This document shows positions 31,058 through 41,645 of a DNA stretch of 64,000 nt, piece after piece. A program made the position numbers and the translations under genes. The stretch spans positions 32,001 through 96,000 of the IMG/VR virus record IMGVR_UViG_3300005856_000023, one strand, 5' to 3'. The first letter of the stretch is position 1; the number at the start of each line of letters is the position of its first letter. The notes beneath the pieces are model-generated. The model saw only the letters and a list, made by a program, of their open reading frames with translations, was not told where the DNA came from and did not search any database. This DNA comes from a virus.

Positions 31058-31786
31058 ATGATTATAATCCCTTTTAGAAAGAACATTTCCGTTATCAATT
31101 TAATTCCATCACCAAAATATGGTTCTGCAATATTGTTTTATATTATTCCATTAAACAAAGAATTGAGTAGTATAACTGAAAGACAGTACGAAGAAAAAAT
31201 CGTCGATTCGGTTAATGCAAAAATAAGAGAATTCAGGCCAATAAATTTCATCGGAGCAAATATAATCAAGAAACCGATAAGAGATGTGTTCATTGAATTA
31301 GCTGAATTCATGAATAAAGAAGCAGGAACATTTGAACTACCAATTACAATTAAAAACATTATGTTTAAAATGATTAAAAGTGGAAACACATTCACTATAA
31401 TAACAACAGATAAAGATGGTAATGTAAAAGATTTTACTGATCAGATAGTTGTTGACACATCAGTAATTGTCAATAAAATAAATCAGTTGCTAGCAAATCT
31501 TGATAGTGATCAATCAAATAACAATATGTCAGCAAATCAATTGGATACAATTATAAAATTGTTGGAAAGGTTAAACTTAACTATGGAAAAGATAAACAAT
31601 AATCTAGAAAAGATTTTAGCTAATAAGGAAACAATTGGATATGAGATTGCGAAAGAGACATCACCTATTGAACTTGTTACAAATGTAGAGAAAGATAATC
31701 AAAAAGATATTGCTCAAGATGATATTAGTTTATTCCAAGATCAATTAGATTTACAAAACATTAGTGTTAATGATCTACTATCATAA
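31058..31786 (+). CDS. hypothetical protein with coiled coil and acidic tail (possible SSB-like replication factor)
   Basis: Class-1 promoter; acidic C-terminus; function speculative. Confidence 0.5.
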   Translation: MIIIPFRKNISVINLIPSPKYGSAILFYIIPLNKELSSITERQYEEKIVDSVNAKIREFRPINFIGANIIKKPIRDVFIELAEFMNKEAGTFELPITIKNIMFKMIKSGNTFTIITTDKDGNVKDFTDQIVVDTSVIVNKINQLLANLDSDQSNNNMSANQLDTIIKLLERLNLTMEKINNNLEKILANKETIGYEIAKETSPIELVTNVEKDNQKDIAQDDISLFQDQLDLQNISVNDLLS

Positions 31787-31827
31787 TTTTTTTATAGAAT
31801 GTTAGCTGTTATGACAGCACTTTGAGA

Positions 31828-33000
31828 ATGCTTAAGAGATTAAGATTACACGATGATAAGATTATTGCTCACAGATACTATCAGAATTACTATGAGCTAT
31901 TACTCTCTTACTTACCCTATGTTAAAAGAGTATTTGCAAGACTTTATATGCCTTACATACAAGCAGCATCTTCTAACAGAGCCTATTTAAATCTTAATTT
32001 ACCAACTGTTGCAGATATTTTGGAAAATAGTTTATATAATACTGTTGTAGATAATTCAACAGAAATAAAAACTGGAATGGTTCAATCTCCATATGCATTA
32101 ACAGGTATACAATACCTAACTATAGATGATTTTCCAATCTATTTAATTGATACAAATATTGCTGCAAATCCTTTACGTATTTCTGATTCAACTGTATCCT
32201 ATGATAATAATTCAACAATGATGCTGTTACGCAAATTCCCTAAAGATGATTATACCTTCAATATATTTCCTGGTATCAAATCCTTTCTTGATTGTGTGAT
32301 AGAATTTTATGATGATACAAGCAACATTAGAAGATATAAAATCGTTGCCGAAAGTAAATATAATGCTCTCGGAGATAAGATTGATACGCTATACCAATGT
32401 ACAACAACTCTGCTAACCGATGAATTCTCACCTAGCATATATACCACAAGATATTTATATAATCAGAATGTAGATCGCATATTGGACACAGATACAAATC
32501 AGTTACTAGAGAATGCACTAACAATAATAAACAATGTTGATAAAGATTTCAAAACAGGCACTAGATTGTTTGGATATAAAAATGAAAGTATAGTTCTTGA
32601 TGCTTATGTTTTAACTCGTTTATTGGACTTAAGCTACAACAGTTATAATTTTAGTTCTTGGCCATATATTGATCAACCAACTATAGATGTTTTAATATCT
32701 ACGGCCAATGTCAAGTATGCAAACTTAGCTAATACAATTAGAAACTTAAATATAGACTTAGATAGCATAACATTATCGACATATTATATTTATCCTGTAA
32801 AACAGCATTATAGAAACTTTGTTGGAAACAGAATTAGTTTTGTTGAATCAATAATAGTACCTGATTTGATAAAATTAACTAGTTTATCTGTTTTGTTGAA
32901 TGTAGATGATCATGTGTCAGGTACAGATGCTATAACACCAAACATGAAGTATTGGTTCAAATTCATTCGTAGCATATACATAACAAAACTACTACAATAA
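31828..33000 (+). CDS. hypothetical, probable virion (neck/head-closure-like) protein
   Basis: ORF; AGC-N9-ATG. Confidence 0.55.
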   Translation: MLKRLRLHDDKIIAHRYYQNYYELLLSYLPYVKRVFARLYMPYIQAASSNRAYLNLNLPTVADILENSLYNTVVDNSTEIKTGMVQSPYALTGIQYLTIDDFPIYLIDTNIAANPLRISDSTVSYDNNSTMMLLRKFPKDDYTFNIFPGIKSFLDCVIEFYDDTSNIRRYKIVAESKYNALGDKIDTLYQCTTTLLTDEFSPSIYTTRYLYNQNVDRILDTDTNQLLENALTIINNVDKDFKTGTRLFGYKNESIVLDAYVLTRLLDLSYNSYNFSSWPYIDQPTIDVLISTANVKYANLANTIRNLNIDLDSITLSTYYIYPVKQHYRNFVGNRISFVESIIVPDLIKLTSLSVLLNVDDHVSGTDAITPNMKYWFKFIRSIYITKLLQ

Positions 33001-33020
33001 CATGTGAGCATGTTATTTAT

Positions 33021-33728
33021 ATGGTTAGCTGGCTTATTGGTGTTGGAGACATAGGAGATGAAACAGATTTTGCAAAAATCAGGCAATACGGATTTGTTTA
33101 TGTTTTTAAATTGGGTTCAGGTAATAATCCAGTAGCAACAGAAATAAAAAACAATCTAAACGAGGTTTTATTCAAAACATTTCAGAGAATAACATTACCG
33201 GAATGGCCGCAACAATTTGCTACACAAGATGTATATACACTTAGAATAGAACAACCAGTTATAACTGGTATTGGTGAGCAATTTACTGTTGAATATTTAT
33301 CTGTTTTCAAAAAAGTAGGAGCGGATACAGCATACAATTTTGTAGTTAATAGTTTGCTAAAATGGAAGTATTATTTGGATACATCTATTGAGAAAGGTTG
33401 GATGCCACATACAATAGATCCCAGAGAGCGAACTGCTGTAATAGGATATGTTTTATTATCTCCTGATCTGAGTGAGATATGGGGCGGAGAAATATTCGGT
33501 GGATGTAATTTAACTGAAATTGATACAGGACATAGATATACGGCGGGACAAGTAGAGTTAGCTGTAGCAAGAGCTACATTTGAATTCACTGAGAGAATTC
33601 CATTATTAACTGCGATAAGAGGACAATTAAGAGACACTCTATTTAATCCTGATATAGATTATTTAGCAGATATCCAAAGAGTTATTGAGAAAGCAAAGTC
33701 TATATTCACATTTGCAGATCAGGGATAG
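33021..33728 (+). CDS. second tail tube-like protein
   Basis: FTVEYL...W; YVLLSPDLS...IFGGCNLTEID...ARATFEF, parallel to 24974-25633. Confidence 0.7.
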   Translation: MVSWLIGVGDIGDETDFAKIRQYGFVYVFKLGSGNNPVATEIKNNLNEVLFKTFQRITLPEWPQQFATQDVYTLRIEQPVITGIGEQFTVEYLSVFKKVGADTAYNFVVNSLLKWKYYLDTSIEKGWMPHTIDPRERTAVIGYVLLSPDLSEIWGGEIFGGCNLTEIDTGHRYTAGQVELAVARATFEFTERIPLLTAIRGQLRDTLFNPDIDYLADIQRVIEKAKSIFTFADQG

Positions 33729-33738
33729 TTTTTTTGCC

Positions 33739-33760
33739 AAAAAAAGCCCCGCGAGGGGGG
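33739..33760 (-). terminator. classical intrinsic terminator
   Basis: Minus strand CCCC-TCGC-GGGG-C-T7 right after the 33762 stop. Confidence 0.75.
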
Positions 33761-33761
33761 A

Positions 33762-34064
33762 TCAAGCTTTTTTGTGCTTAGCAATCAATTCACTCAATGT
33801 AAAACCATGTTGCGTGGGCTCTTGCTTGGCTTGCTTGAGTTCTTCCTTGGAGTCTTCCTTCTTGGAACCTTCTTGTTTGGAACCTTGACCAGGAATTGTT
33901 AAGATGATGATTTCTCCAACAAGCTCTAGAATCAGCTTTCTTCCCCTGGGTGGTCTTGGCGAAAATACAAACGTCTGCCCTGGATAAAGCCTACGCAATT
34001 CATCGATAATTTGCTTTGCTCTTTCCTTGCTAACTTTGTTGGCAAAGGTAATAAAGTATACCAT
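33762..34064 (-). CDS. small hypothetical protein, SD-led and GC-richer
   Basis: AAGGAGGT SD; class-1 motif plus 26-nt leader; own hairpin terminator. Confidence 0.8.
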   Translation of the reverse strand: MVYFITFANKVSKERAKQIIDELRRLYPGQTFVFSPRPPRGRKLILELVGEIIILTIPGQGSKQEGSKKEDSKEELKQAKQEPTQHGFTLSELIAKHKKA

Positions 34065-34183
34065 GTTACACCTCCTTAAAAGTTTTTCTTGTATATAAAT
34101 TTAGGCAGTTTTTTAACACATTCTTAAAGTGGATTATAAGCAAAAATTTCATGAATGAACTACAACATATAATAAACTACATT
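34062..34183. repeat. ~120-bp promoter/SD-leader cassette, donor copy
   Basis: Near-identical to 47398-47509 and 51071-51190. Confidence 0.95.
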
Positions 34184-34564
34184 AACGAAGCAAAACAAGA
34201 CCTCGGTAAAACAAAAAAGATTATTGAACAACTACAAAATCGTATAGAGCAAATTCTCAACAAAGAGAAACTATCTACATTTGATTTACATCAACTTAGA
34301 ATATTTAGTGAATTGCTTGATAGCATAAACAATAGAGAAAACAACATAAACAATGCTATCATAAAGAAGATTGAAGTATTGGTTAAATACTCAGAGCAAC
34401 TTGGCATATCTGCTTCCAGCTTGGATTTGAATGAATTGTTAAAAACAGAAAAGATTAATTTGTTTGTTGATAAGGATATAACAGATCCTAAAACTTTTAC
34501 TGAAGAGAGAATAAAGAACACAATCTTTGTGAATGATGATAATGAGGAAAATTTTACTGGCTAG
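34151..34564 (+). CDS. coiled-coil hypothetical protein
   Basis: 137 aa; AGC-N9-ATG. Confidence 0.7.
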   Translation: MNELQHIINYINEAKQDLGKTKKIIEQLQNRIEQILNKEKLSTFDLHQLRIFSELLDSINNRENNINNAIIKKIEVLVKYSEQLGISASSLDLNELLKTEKINLFVDKDITDPKTFTEERIKNTIFVNDDNEENFTG

Positions 34565-34587
34565 CAACATGACTAAAATTATAGATT

Positions 34588-35805
34588 ATGGATTTGTTAA
34601 ACAGCTTTGTAAACAATTGGAATACGAAAATATTTTATGCTCACAATATGAGTTCATTTGACAAGTATGTTCCTGAGAATGTATTCAAAGAATTGGGAAT
34701 TGGTTATCTCATATCATTGGGAACATATCTATCAAGTAAAGTGGATTTAAACACCTTCATAACAATTATTAAAAATCTTGAGAAATTACCGTATGCAGCT
34801 ATTTATATTGACAGTGGCGGATTTCAGTACATAAAAGGTAAACTAACAAAAAAAGATATTGATAGCCATATTAAAGTTTATTTTGAGTTAATTGACTATA
34901 TAGATGCTCAATACAAGCAACAAAACATATCCAAACCAATCTTCATATTCAGCTTGGATATTCCTGCATGCAGAGCTAACAATACAGATGATGTTGTAGA
35001 TGAACAAACAAGTATTAGCGCATCATATGATGTCTACTCAGAAATTGCTAGAAGATTTAAGGAATATGAAACTCAAAGACAATTTATAATAACCGTATTA
35101 CATTTTTCACCAAGTATAGTCTATCAAAATTGGAAGCAAATATATCAACTTCCAAATTTGAATATGGCTCAGTATGTAGCAACTGGATCATCATGGTGGA
35201 TGCACAAAAAGCCAATTTCAGTCGGAGCATATAATGTCTTACATTACTGTTTATTAAGAGCAAACGGATTTAAAAACATAAAATTATACCATATACTAGG
35301 AACAAAAAGCTTGGATAGGTTATATCCTTCTTATGATGTGCTAACAATGTATAACATAAGTATAACACATGATACAACACCATATACTTATTACAGACCA
35401 TTACTAGTTCCCATCTACAATAAAAAGACGAATAGATATAATGTAACAAAATTGGATATACGTAGCAATAAACTACAGTTAATCAAAATTGTCGATGAAT
35501 TGCTCGGAGATAATGTTGCAAAATGGGTTGAAAGTATGTTTGATGAGTTAAATGATTTGAGCAATGTCAAGCATATAACCAAAACAAAAAACATAAAAGT
35601 AAGTAAAATGATGTATGTATCTTTGCTTGATATTTTATCAACGTTATTGATAAACAAGGTTATTGATAAGATTGATAGAAGCATATACACAGAATTTAAA
35701 ATCAACAGAGATTATCAATTTAAATTATTGGAGTTAGCAGATCAGGACCCAGAGAAATTAGAACAATTATTATTGCCATATCTGGATAAGTTTATTGAGG
35801 ATTAG
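34588..35805 (+). CDS. dpdA: DpdA/TGT-like 7-deazaguanine DNA transglycosylase
   Basis: IYIDSGGFQ, FSLDIP, TVLH, YHILG, ITHDTT; FolE, QueE and QueC in the same window. Confidence 0.75.
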   Translation: MDLLNSFVNNWNTKIFYAHNMSSFDKYVPENVFKELGIGYLISLGTYLSSKVDLNTFITIIKNLEKLPYAAIYIDSGGFQYIKGKLTKKDIDSHIKVYFELIDYIDAQYKQQNISKPIFIFSLDIPACRANNTDDVVDEQTSISASYDVYSEIARRFKEYETQRQFIITVLHFSPSIVYQNWKQIYQLPNLNMAQYVATGSSWWMHKKPISVGAYNVLHYCLLRANGFKNIKLYHILGTKSLDRLYPSYDVLTMYNISITHDTTPYTYYRPLLVPIYNKKTNRYNVTKLDIRSNKLQLIKIVDELLGDNVAKWVESMFDELNDLSNVKHITKTKNIKVSKMMYVSLLDILSTLLINKVIDKIDRSIYTEFKINRDYQFKLLELADQDPEKLEQLLLPYLDKFIED

Positions 35806-35851
35806 TTTTTTTACTTTAAGATCAAAATAAAATCTGTCTAAATTTATATTA

Positions 35852-35896
35852 ATGAGAGTAAGGCTTAAAGTTCGCAAAGGTAAATGCTCGAAGTAA
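35852..35896 (+). CDS. 14-aa basic mini-ORF MRVRLKVRKGKCSK
   Basis: Exact CTAAATTT-N6-ATG; T7 at 35934-35940. Confidence 0.4.
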   Translation: MRVRLKVRKGKCSK

Positions 35897-35953
35897 TCGG
35901 TTTGATCACTATTTTGACTATTTATATTTCTTATTTTTTTGCAAAAAACTAGC

Positions 35954-37321
35954 TTACGTTGCTATAACATATCCTGCTAGTGAATCATACAATATGTTAA
36001 CATTTAAACCTCCATGTGGAACAAATAAATGTTTTGTTACATCAAACTTATCATTTTTGCTATCAAGATAGAATAAGACAACTGTATCACCATCAGCATC
36101 TGCATTGTATCCTTCCCATACCAGTTGATTCATTTGTATTGCAAATCCATCGTATGCTCCAGCTATTTTGAATTGCATTGTAGAAGGCAAATGTAATACA
36201 GGTTGTCTCATAAGCAATACATAAACATCTTCTTTGTTTATTATCTCATCAATTATTTTTTTGATTGTTTCATCTACCTTTAAAGTTTGGTAGACATAAT
36301 CAATTCTTTCAGTTATATTACTTTGTTTCTGCTCAATTAGTTTGGATATGATTTTGTCCTCTAGCAACATGAAAGCACAAATATAAGGAACAACTACTTC
36401 ATTTGGTTTGATAGCAGGATTTCCAACCAAAACAGCCCTAGTGCTTAAATCAATTCTTCTACCTAGCGTTTTACCTCTAATTGGACCTGTTTTCTTTTTT
36501 ATGAAGGATGATATTATTTTATGCTCTATTTTGTATAGTTTATGTAACATATTACCATATATAAAGTATTTTGTAGATGTTTCATCTATATCAAGTTTCT
36601 TGTTTGCAGATAAGAGATCAAGATAATCTCTGTTGATCTCATGCAAATTTAAAACGGTTAGATTTTTACCAAATGCAATATTAATATCTCTGACTCCAGC
36701 AGGTAATACATTAATATATTCCACAAAAGCATTGTCAAAGCTAACATTGTTTCTGATGGCTTGTACTAGTTGTATGTTATCATTCAGTTTATTATAAATG
36801 AGCGATGAAACTTGTTCATATAAATCCAAATCCTGATCCAAATATAAACCTTTCTCCAAAGCAATTGAACCAAATTTATCAATCATTGTTTGTATGGACG
36901 CATTATATATCTTAGCAAGTAAATGAAGCCATATACCAAAAGGAGATAAAACCTTCTTCTCAATATACAAACCAAGTGATTTATCCTGTATACCATTATT
37001 CTCATCATAAGCATACATTCCAAATAAACTTTCATACCTATGAAGTATTAACAATATTAATGGATGTGGAACAGGAACATTCAATTTAATTTTACCGATT
37101 GTGTATGCTCTCATGTATGCAGGTTTAGATTCAACATTGCAAACAGGACAAATATATTTTGGTGGGCGAATTATATTGCAAGCACAAGTATAATCATATA
37201 CTGGACCAAATATAGTCTCACTAAATATACCTAATGGATGAAATCTCCACGTTAATCCATAATTTTCTGGCTTAATATTTGATCCCTCAAATATAAGTGG
37301 TTCTGTGATAAATAAACTCAT
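35954..37321 (-). CDS. RNA polymerase beta' N-terminal/catalytic fragment
   Basis: GIFSETIFGP..DYTCAC..CPVC zinc finger, LGRRIDLSTRAV, MRQPVLH, catalytic YNADADGD. Confidence 0.92.
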   Translation of the reverse strand: MSLFITEPLIFEGSNIKPENYGLTWRFHPLGIFSETIFGPVYDYTCACNIIRPPKYICPVCNVESKPAYMRAYTIGKIKLNVPVPHPLILLILHRYESLFGMYAYDENNGIQDKSLGLYIEKKVLSPFGIWLHLLAKIYNASIQTMIDKFGSIALEKGLYLDQDLDLYEQVSSLIYNKLNDNIQLVQAIRNNVSFDNAFVEYINVLPAGVRDINIAFGKNLTVLNLHEINRDYLDLLSANKKLDIDETSTKYFIYGNMLHKLYKIEHKIISSFIKKKTGPIRGKTLGRRIDLSTRAVLVGNPAIKPNEVVVPYICAFMLLEDKIISKLIEQKQSNITERIDYVYQTLKVDETIKKIIDEIINKEDVYVLLMRQPVLHLPSTMQFKIAGAYDGFAIQMNQLVWEGYNADADGDTVVLFYLDSKNDKFDVTKHLFVPHGGLNVNILYDSLAGYVIAT

Positions 37322-37453
37322 AACAAAAAAATTTAGCATACGTGCAAATAACTACTATCTCAGTAGCAGACTATATAATAACAATTTTTGTTTAGTTTTT
37401 GATCATAGTTTTTGTTTATATAAGTATACAAAAAAATTTAGATGATTTGTTCG

Positions 37454-38020
37454 TTATCTCAAGAGCAAATTATATATCACCGTAAATATAAGTTCTTTCT
37501 CTATTCTATTCCATTGAGCTATCTCGTAAACCATATTTATCAAATCCTGATTTGCAAAATCTATGATTTTACGTTCTTTGTTATAGTGATCGTGAACATC
37601 AATACACACTCTATCTAACCCAATAAAACTAACCCCGATATTGCAGTTAAAATTGTAATTCCATATCAGAATATCATAAATACAATCTAATATAAGCTTG
37701 TTTTGTTTCTCGTGACGCCAGGTTTTGTTACTATCAAAATAACTTAAACCGAATTCTGTGGGATTGTAGTACAAACAATTATGATAATTTAAAAGAGCGA
37801 TAATACTATTTACATTTTTTGGGAAATTATCTACAATCAATGACATAAGATGCAAACTGAAAGAATCTTTGAATTGATAATTATATTGCAATTTATACGC
37901 TGATTTATTACTGGATGTTATGTAAGTGTTGTAAAATACGCCGAACTTATAAACTCGATTTTGAAAATTACCAACAGTAAAATATCTTAATTGATTTGTT
38001 CTTGTGTGAATGAGTTTCAT
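37454..38020 (-). CDS. distant member of the 28.7-31.0 kb paralog family
   Basis: SIIALLNY..LYYN resembles PIIHLLNY..LNFN; NQDLINMVYEI resembles NVNLAAMVMHI; class-1 promoter. Confidence 0.65.
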   Translation of the reverse strand: MKLIHTRTNQLRYFTVGNFQNRVYKFGVFYNTYITSSNKSAYKLQYNYQFKDSFSLHLMSLIVDNFPKNVNSIIALLNYHNCLYYNPTEFGLSYFDSNKTWRHEKQNKLILDCIYDILIWNYNFNCNIGVSFIGLDRVCIDVHDHYNKERKIIDFANQDLINMVYEIAQWNRIEKELIFTVIYNLLLR

Positions 38021-38322
38021 GCAAAAAAATTTAGATATGTTTTTTTTGCTCATAACAATAACATAAGATAAAGTAGCAACGACTGCGGCAAATGCTTTTC
38101 ATTTGGACGATTCTCTATCATAGGCGGAAGTGAGTTAAATTTATAATTTCGATGTAACAATTGAAATCAACACACGTAGCAAAAAATTAGACTATTTTTT
38201 GTTACTTAATCAAAATACAAATAATCTCACTGATCAATAACATACTCGCTTTTCTTCTATCCAAACCAGATTGTTATTGCTATAGTAACGAACTTTTACT
38301 AATTTACTTAGACAGTTTTTGT

Positions 38323-40623
38323 TTATACGCTACAGCTTTCACATTCCTCTATCTCTGTTAAGCTTTTACTTCTGCAGTAATACACGGTTTTTAACCCAAG
38401 TTCCCAAGCAAGTTCATAAAGTCTTGAGAGCTTAGGTCCATCAATCTGCTCTGGGTCTATAAACAAGTTCAAAGATTGGGCTTGGTCTATCCATTTTTGC
38501 CTTTCGGCAGCAGCCCTTATTACCCACTCTTGGTCTATATTGTATGCAGACTTATAATGCCAGAAGTATTTGTCTATTTCTGGTGGAACTTGTGGGAGAA
38601 TGCCAGACATATTTTCTTCCTTGTAGTATTTGGCAAAGATAGGATCAATGGACGGAGTGGCTCCTATTATCAGAGATGTGGAGCCTGTGGGCATCAAGGC
38701 AAGCAAGTAGGCATTTCTCAGTCCATATCTCTTGACATCCTCCGCAAGTCCTATCCAGTCTAAGTTATTGCCATTTTCTTCAGATATTTTTTGGTTTTCT
38801 TCTGGCTCTCTTCCAAAGAATATGCCTTTGCTCCAATCTGAACCTTCAAATAAAGGATAAGCTCCTCTTTCTTTTGCCAATTGCATAGAGCCTTTTATAG
38901 CATAGTAAGCTATCCTTTCAAACAAGGCATTGGCAAACCTGAGGTGTTCCTCTGACTCCCATTGGATGCCATTTTTGACCAGACAGTAGTGGTAGTTGCT
39001 TACTCCTATGCCTATGGCTCTGTAGCGTTTGTTGGTATATTCCGCTTCCTTTATGGCATAGTAGTTCATCTCTATCACATTGTCCAGCATCCTCACAAGG
39101 ATAGGAACTACCCTTTCCAAGTCCTCTTTTGTCCAAATCTTGCCAAGGTTTATAGAACCCAGATTACAAACCACCACATCTCCGGACTTTTTCACATGAG
39201 TTATAGTGCCATCTTCTGCTACAGTTTCTGAAATATGCGTTGATACACTTTGATTTTGCACTATCTCGTGGCAAAGATTGGACGAGTAGATCATACCACA
39301 ATGCTTGTTAGGGTTTAACCTGTTGGCGGTGTCCCTAAAGAATATGTAAGGCTCTCCCGTTTCAAAAATCACAGTAAGCAGTCTCTTCCATAGCTCAAAG
39401 GCATCCACTTCTTTTTTGGTGTTTGGCGGAAGTTCTCTCTCAAGCCTTTCATAAAGCTCTTCAAACTCTTGACCGTAGAAGTCCTCCAGGTTTTTGCCAT
39501 CTTTTACATTCTTGCAGTAGTAGGGATCAAAGAGCGTCCACTTTTGTCTGTTTTTCAGTCTTTTCATAAACAGATCTGGTATGGATATGGCAGGATGTAT
39601 GTCGTGAGCCTTCTTTCTCTCGTCTCCTACATTGGTTTTGACCTCCAGAAAGTCCAATACATCCTTATGCCATATGTCAAGGGTTATGGATGCGGAGCCT
39701 TTCCTCATGCCAAGCTGGTCCACATACACCATCACATCGTTGAGAATTTTAACCACAGGTAAAACACCAGAGCTTGCTCCTTTGAATTTCCTTATAGGAG
39801 AACCTGCAGCTCTAATTTTGCCAAGGTATATACCAAGACCTCCTGCAAACTTGGATATTTGTCCTGCCTTTTGCACATTGTCAAAGATATCATAAAGGTC
39901 ATCATCTACTGTTAAAACAAAACAAGAAGAAAGTTGACTATGTGGTCTTCTTGCATTCATAAGTGTAGGAGTTGCCAGAGAGATTTCATGGTTTGATATA
40001 AGGTCATAAAAGAGTTTTGCATATTTTAGCCTTTCCTCCTTCTTTTCAGGAATAGCCAAAGTCATAGCAATAAGCATATACATCTCTTGTGGAAGCTCTA
40101 TAACATTTCCATTCTCATCCCTTACTAAATACCTATCGTAGAGTACTTTTATACCCGTATAGTTGAAAAGAAGGTCTCTGTCTGGATTTATGTAGCTGGC
40201 AAGAGTATCAAACTCTTCTTTGGAGTATTCCCTTAGCAAATACTCGCCGTATATACCTCTGTCTGTGTAGGTCTTCACAAGAGTGTAAAAGCTTTCTGTG
40301 TTGTAAGGCTTGTATTTACCATTTATCTTGTCTTTTATCTTGTAGCCTCTTATATACGCCACATCCTTATAAAGATCGTAAAGAAGAAGTCTTGCTGCCA
40401 CATACTGCCAATCTGGATTTTCTGGAGATACCTTTTCCGCGGCAGTTCTTATGAGCAGCTGCTGTATTTCTTTGGTGGTGATGTCCTCTCTGAATTGTAT
40501 GCGAGCATCCATCTCAAGCTCATAAGGATCAACTCTAAGCCCATTGCAAGCAAAATTGACAATAGATCTGATTTTATTAATTGATAATGGTTCTGTATAA
40601 CCAGTTCGTTTTACAACTCTCAT
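38323..40623 (-). CDS. nrdA: class I ribonucleotide reductase alpha subunit
   Basis: ATP cone, [43 protein letters not shown]-terminal CESC. Confidence 0.97.
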   Translation of the reverse strand: MRVVKRTGYTEPLSINKIRSIVNFACNGLRVDPYELEMDARIQFREDITTKEIQQLLIRTAAEKVSPENPDWQYVAARLLLYDLYKDVAYIRGYKIKDKINGKYKPYNTESFYTLVKTYTDRGIYGEYLLREYSKEEFDTLASYINPDRDLLFNYTGIKVLYDRYLVRDENGNVIELPQEMYMLIAMTLAIPEKKEERLKYAKLFYDLISNHEISLATPTLMNARRPHSQLSSCFVLTVDDDLYDIFDNVQKAGQISKFAGGLGIYLGKIRAAGSPIRKFKGASSGVLPVVKILNDVMVYVDQLGMRKGSASITLDIWHKDVLDFLEVKTNVGDERKKAHDIHPAISIPDLFMKRLKNRQKWTLFDPYYCKNVKDGKNLEDFYGQEFEELYERLERELPPNTKKEVDAFELWKRLLTVIFETGEPYIFFRDTANRLNPNKHCGMIYSSNLCHEIVQNQSVSTHISETVAEDGTITHVKKSGDVVVCNLGSINLGKIWTKEDLERVVPILVRMLDNVIEMNYYAIKEAEYTNKRYRAIGIGVSNYHYCLVKNGIQWESEEHLRFANALFERIAYYAIKGSMQLAKERGAYPLFEGSDWSKGIFFGREPEENQKISEENGNNLDWIGLAEDVKRYGLRNAYLLALMPTGSTSLIIGATPSIDPIFAKYYKEENMSGILPQVPPEIDKYFWHYKSAYNIDQEWVIRAAAERQKWIDQAQSLNLFIDPEQIDGPKLSRLYELAWELGLKTVYYCRSKSLTEIEECESCSV

Positions 40624-40663
40624 TCTTAGTTTTGCTCAAAGCGTTCAGTAAGAACAAAAAAAG

Positions 40664-41602
40664 TTAAAGCTTTAAATTATAGCATTCTTTATATCCGATT
40701 ATTTGTTCGATAGCTTCAGCAAATTCTCTTATCTCAAATTGAGCGTGTTTATGTTTACGTAACTTTATAAAATTGTCTACAGATATTCTTGGAACTGTCC
40801 AGTAAAATCTTGTTTTCATAAATTGTGGCAAAACACCACGAGCTATCTCTTTAGCAACATCTAATTCTCTTAATAAATTGTAAGTAACTTTCATAGTTTT
40901 AACACTTGTTTGTAATAAGCTAACTAGCAAAGTATTTTGTTCATCGTCTAGATAATTATCATCTGAAGCTTGCTTATTGTTTTTTGATTGCAGTCTCAAC
41001 TTTTCTGGAATATAGAAATCCAAATCAACATCCGTATATCTTCTGCTGACTTCATTAAAAGAACCAAATCTATGTCTGAACCATTGTCTTGCAACAAACA
41101 ATGGACATTCTACAATAAATGTATAGTGATCTAAGCATGTTCCAAGTTCTAGTTTGTCCAATAATTTTATCCAACCACTGCTTGTTGTTATAATTTGATC
41201 GTTTTGATCTTTATCTATTGTGTAATTATTTACATTACTTTTGTGTAAAACAAAGCTCATCGTAGTCGGTATTATTTGCTGGGCGTATTCAACTAACTTA
41301 TAAGGCAATTGATCAATAAAATTAATTAATGTGCGAGCATTAAGCCATATATAACTTCCATCATAATAGATGTTAACAACAGGATAAGATATTTTTGATA
41401 TGAGATTTATATATTCTTTTTTATTTGCTTTGAATGCAAATATAACATGTTCAAAAGGAGAAGCGTGCTTATTATCAAGCAAATATTTTATCAATTTTTT
41501 GTCTCTTTCAACATCAATAACAGATGATAAATCTTTAGCAAATGATACTCTTGCAGCTTTAACAATACGTTGATCGCTACCCATTGAAAATAGTTGACTC
41601 AT
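40664..41602 (-). CDS. thyX: flavin-dependent thymidylate synthase, long Aquifex-type
   Basis: AARVSF, HASPFEH, QWFRHRFGSFNEVSRRY, HAQFEIR; MGSDQRIV start recalls Aquifex ThyX. Confidence 0.95.
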   Translation of the reverse strand: MSQLFSMGSDQRIVKAARVSFAKDLSSVIDVERDKKLIKYLLDNKHASPFEHVIFAFKANKKEYINLISKISYPVVNIYYDGSYIWLNARTLINFIDQLPYKLVEYAQQIIPTTMSFVLHKSNVNNYTIDKDQNDQIITTSSGWIKLLDKLELGTCLDHYTFIVECPLFVARQWFRHRFGSFNEVSRRYTDVDLDFYIPEKLRLQSKNNKQASDDNYLDDEQNTLLVSLLQTSVKTMKVTYNLLRELDVAKEIARGVLPQFMKTRFYWTVPRISVDNFIKLRKHKHAQFEIREFAEAIEQIIGYKECYNLKL

Positions 41603-41645
41603 TTGATCTTTTACGCTAATAAAAAAGCTCAAAAAATAAAAACTT

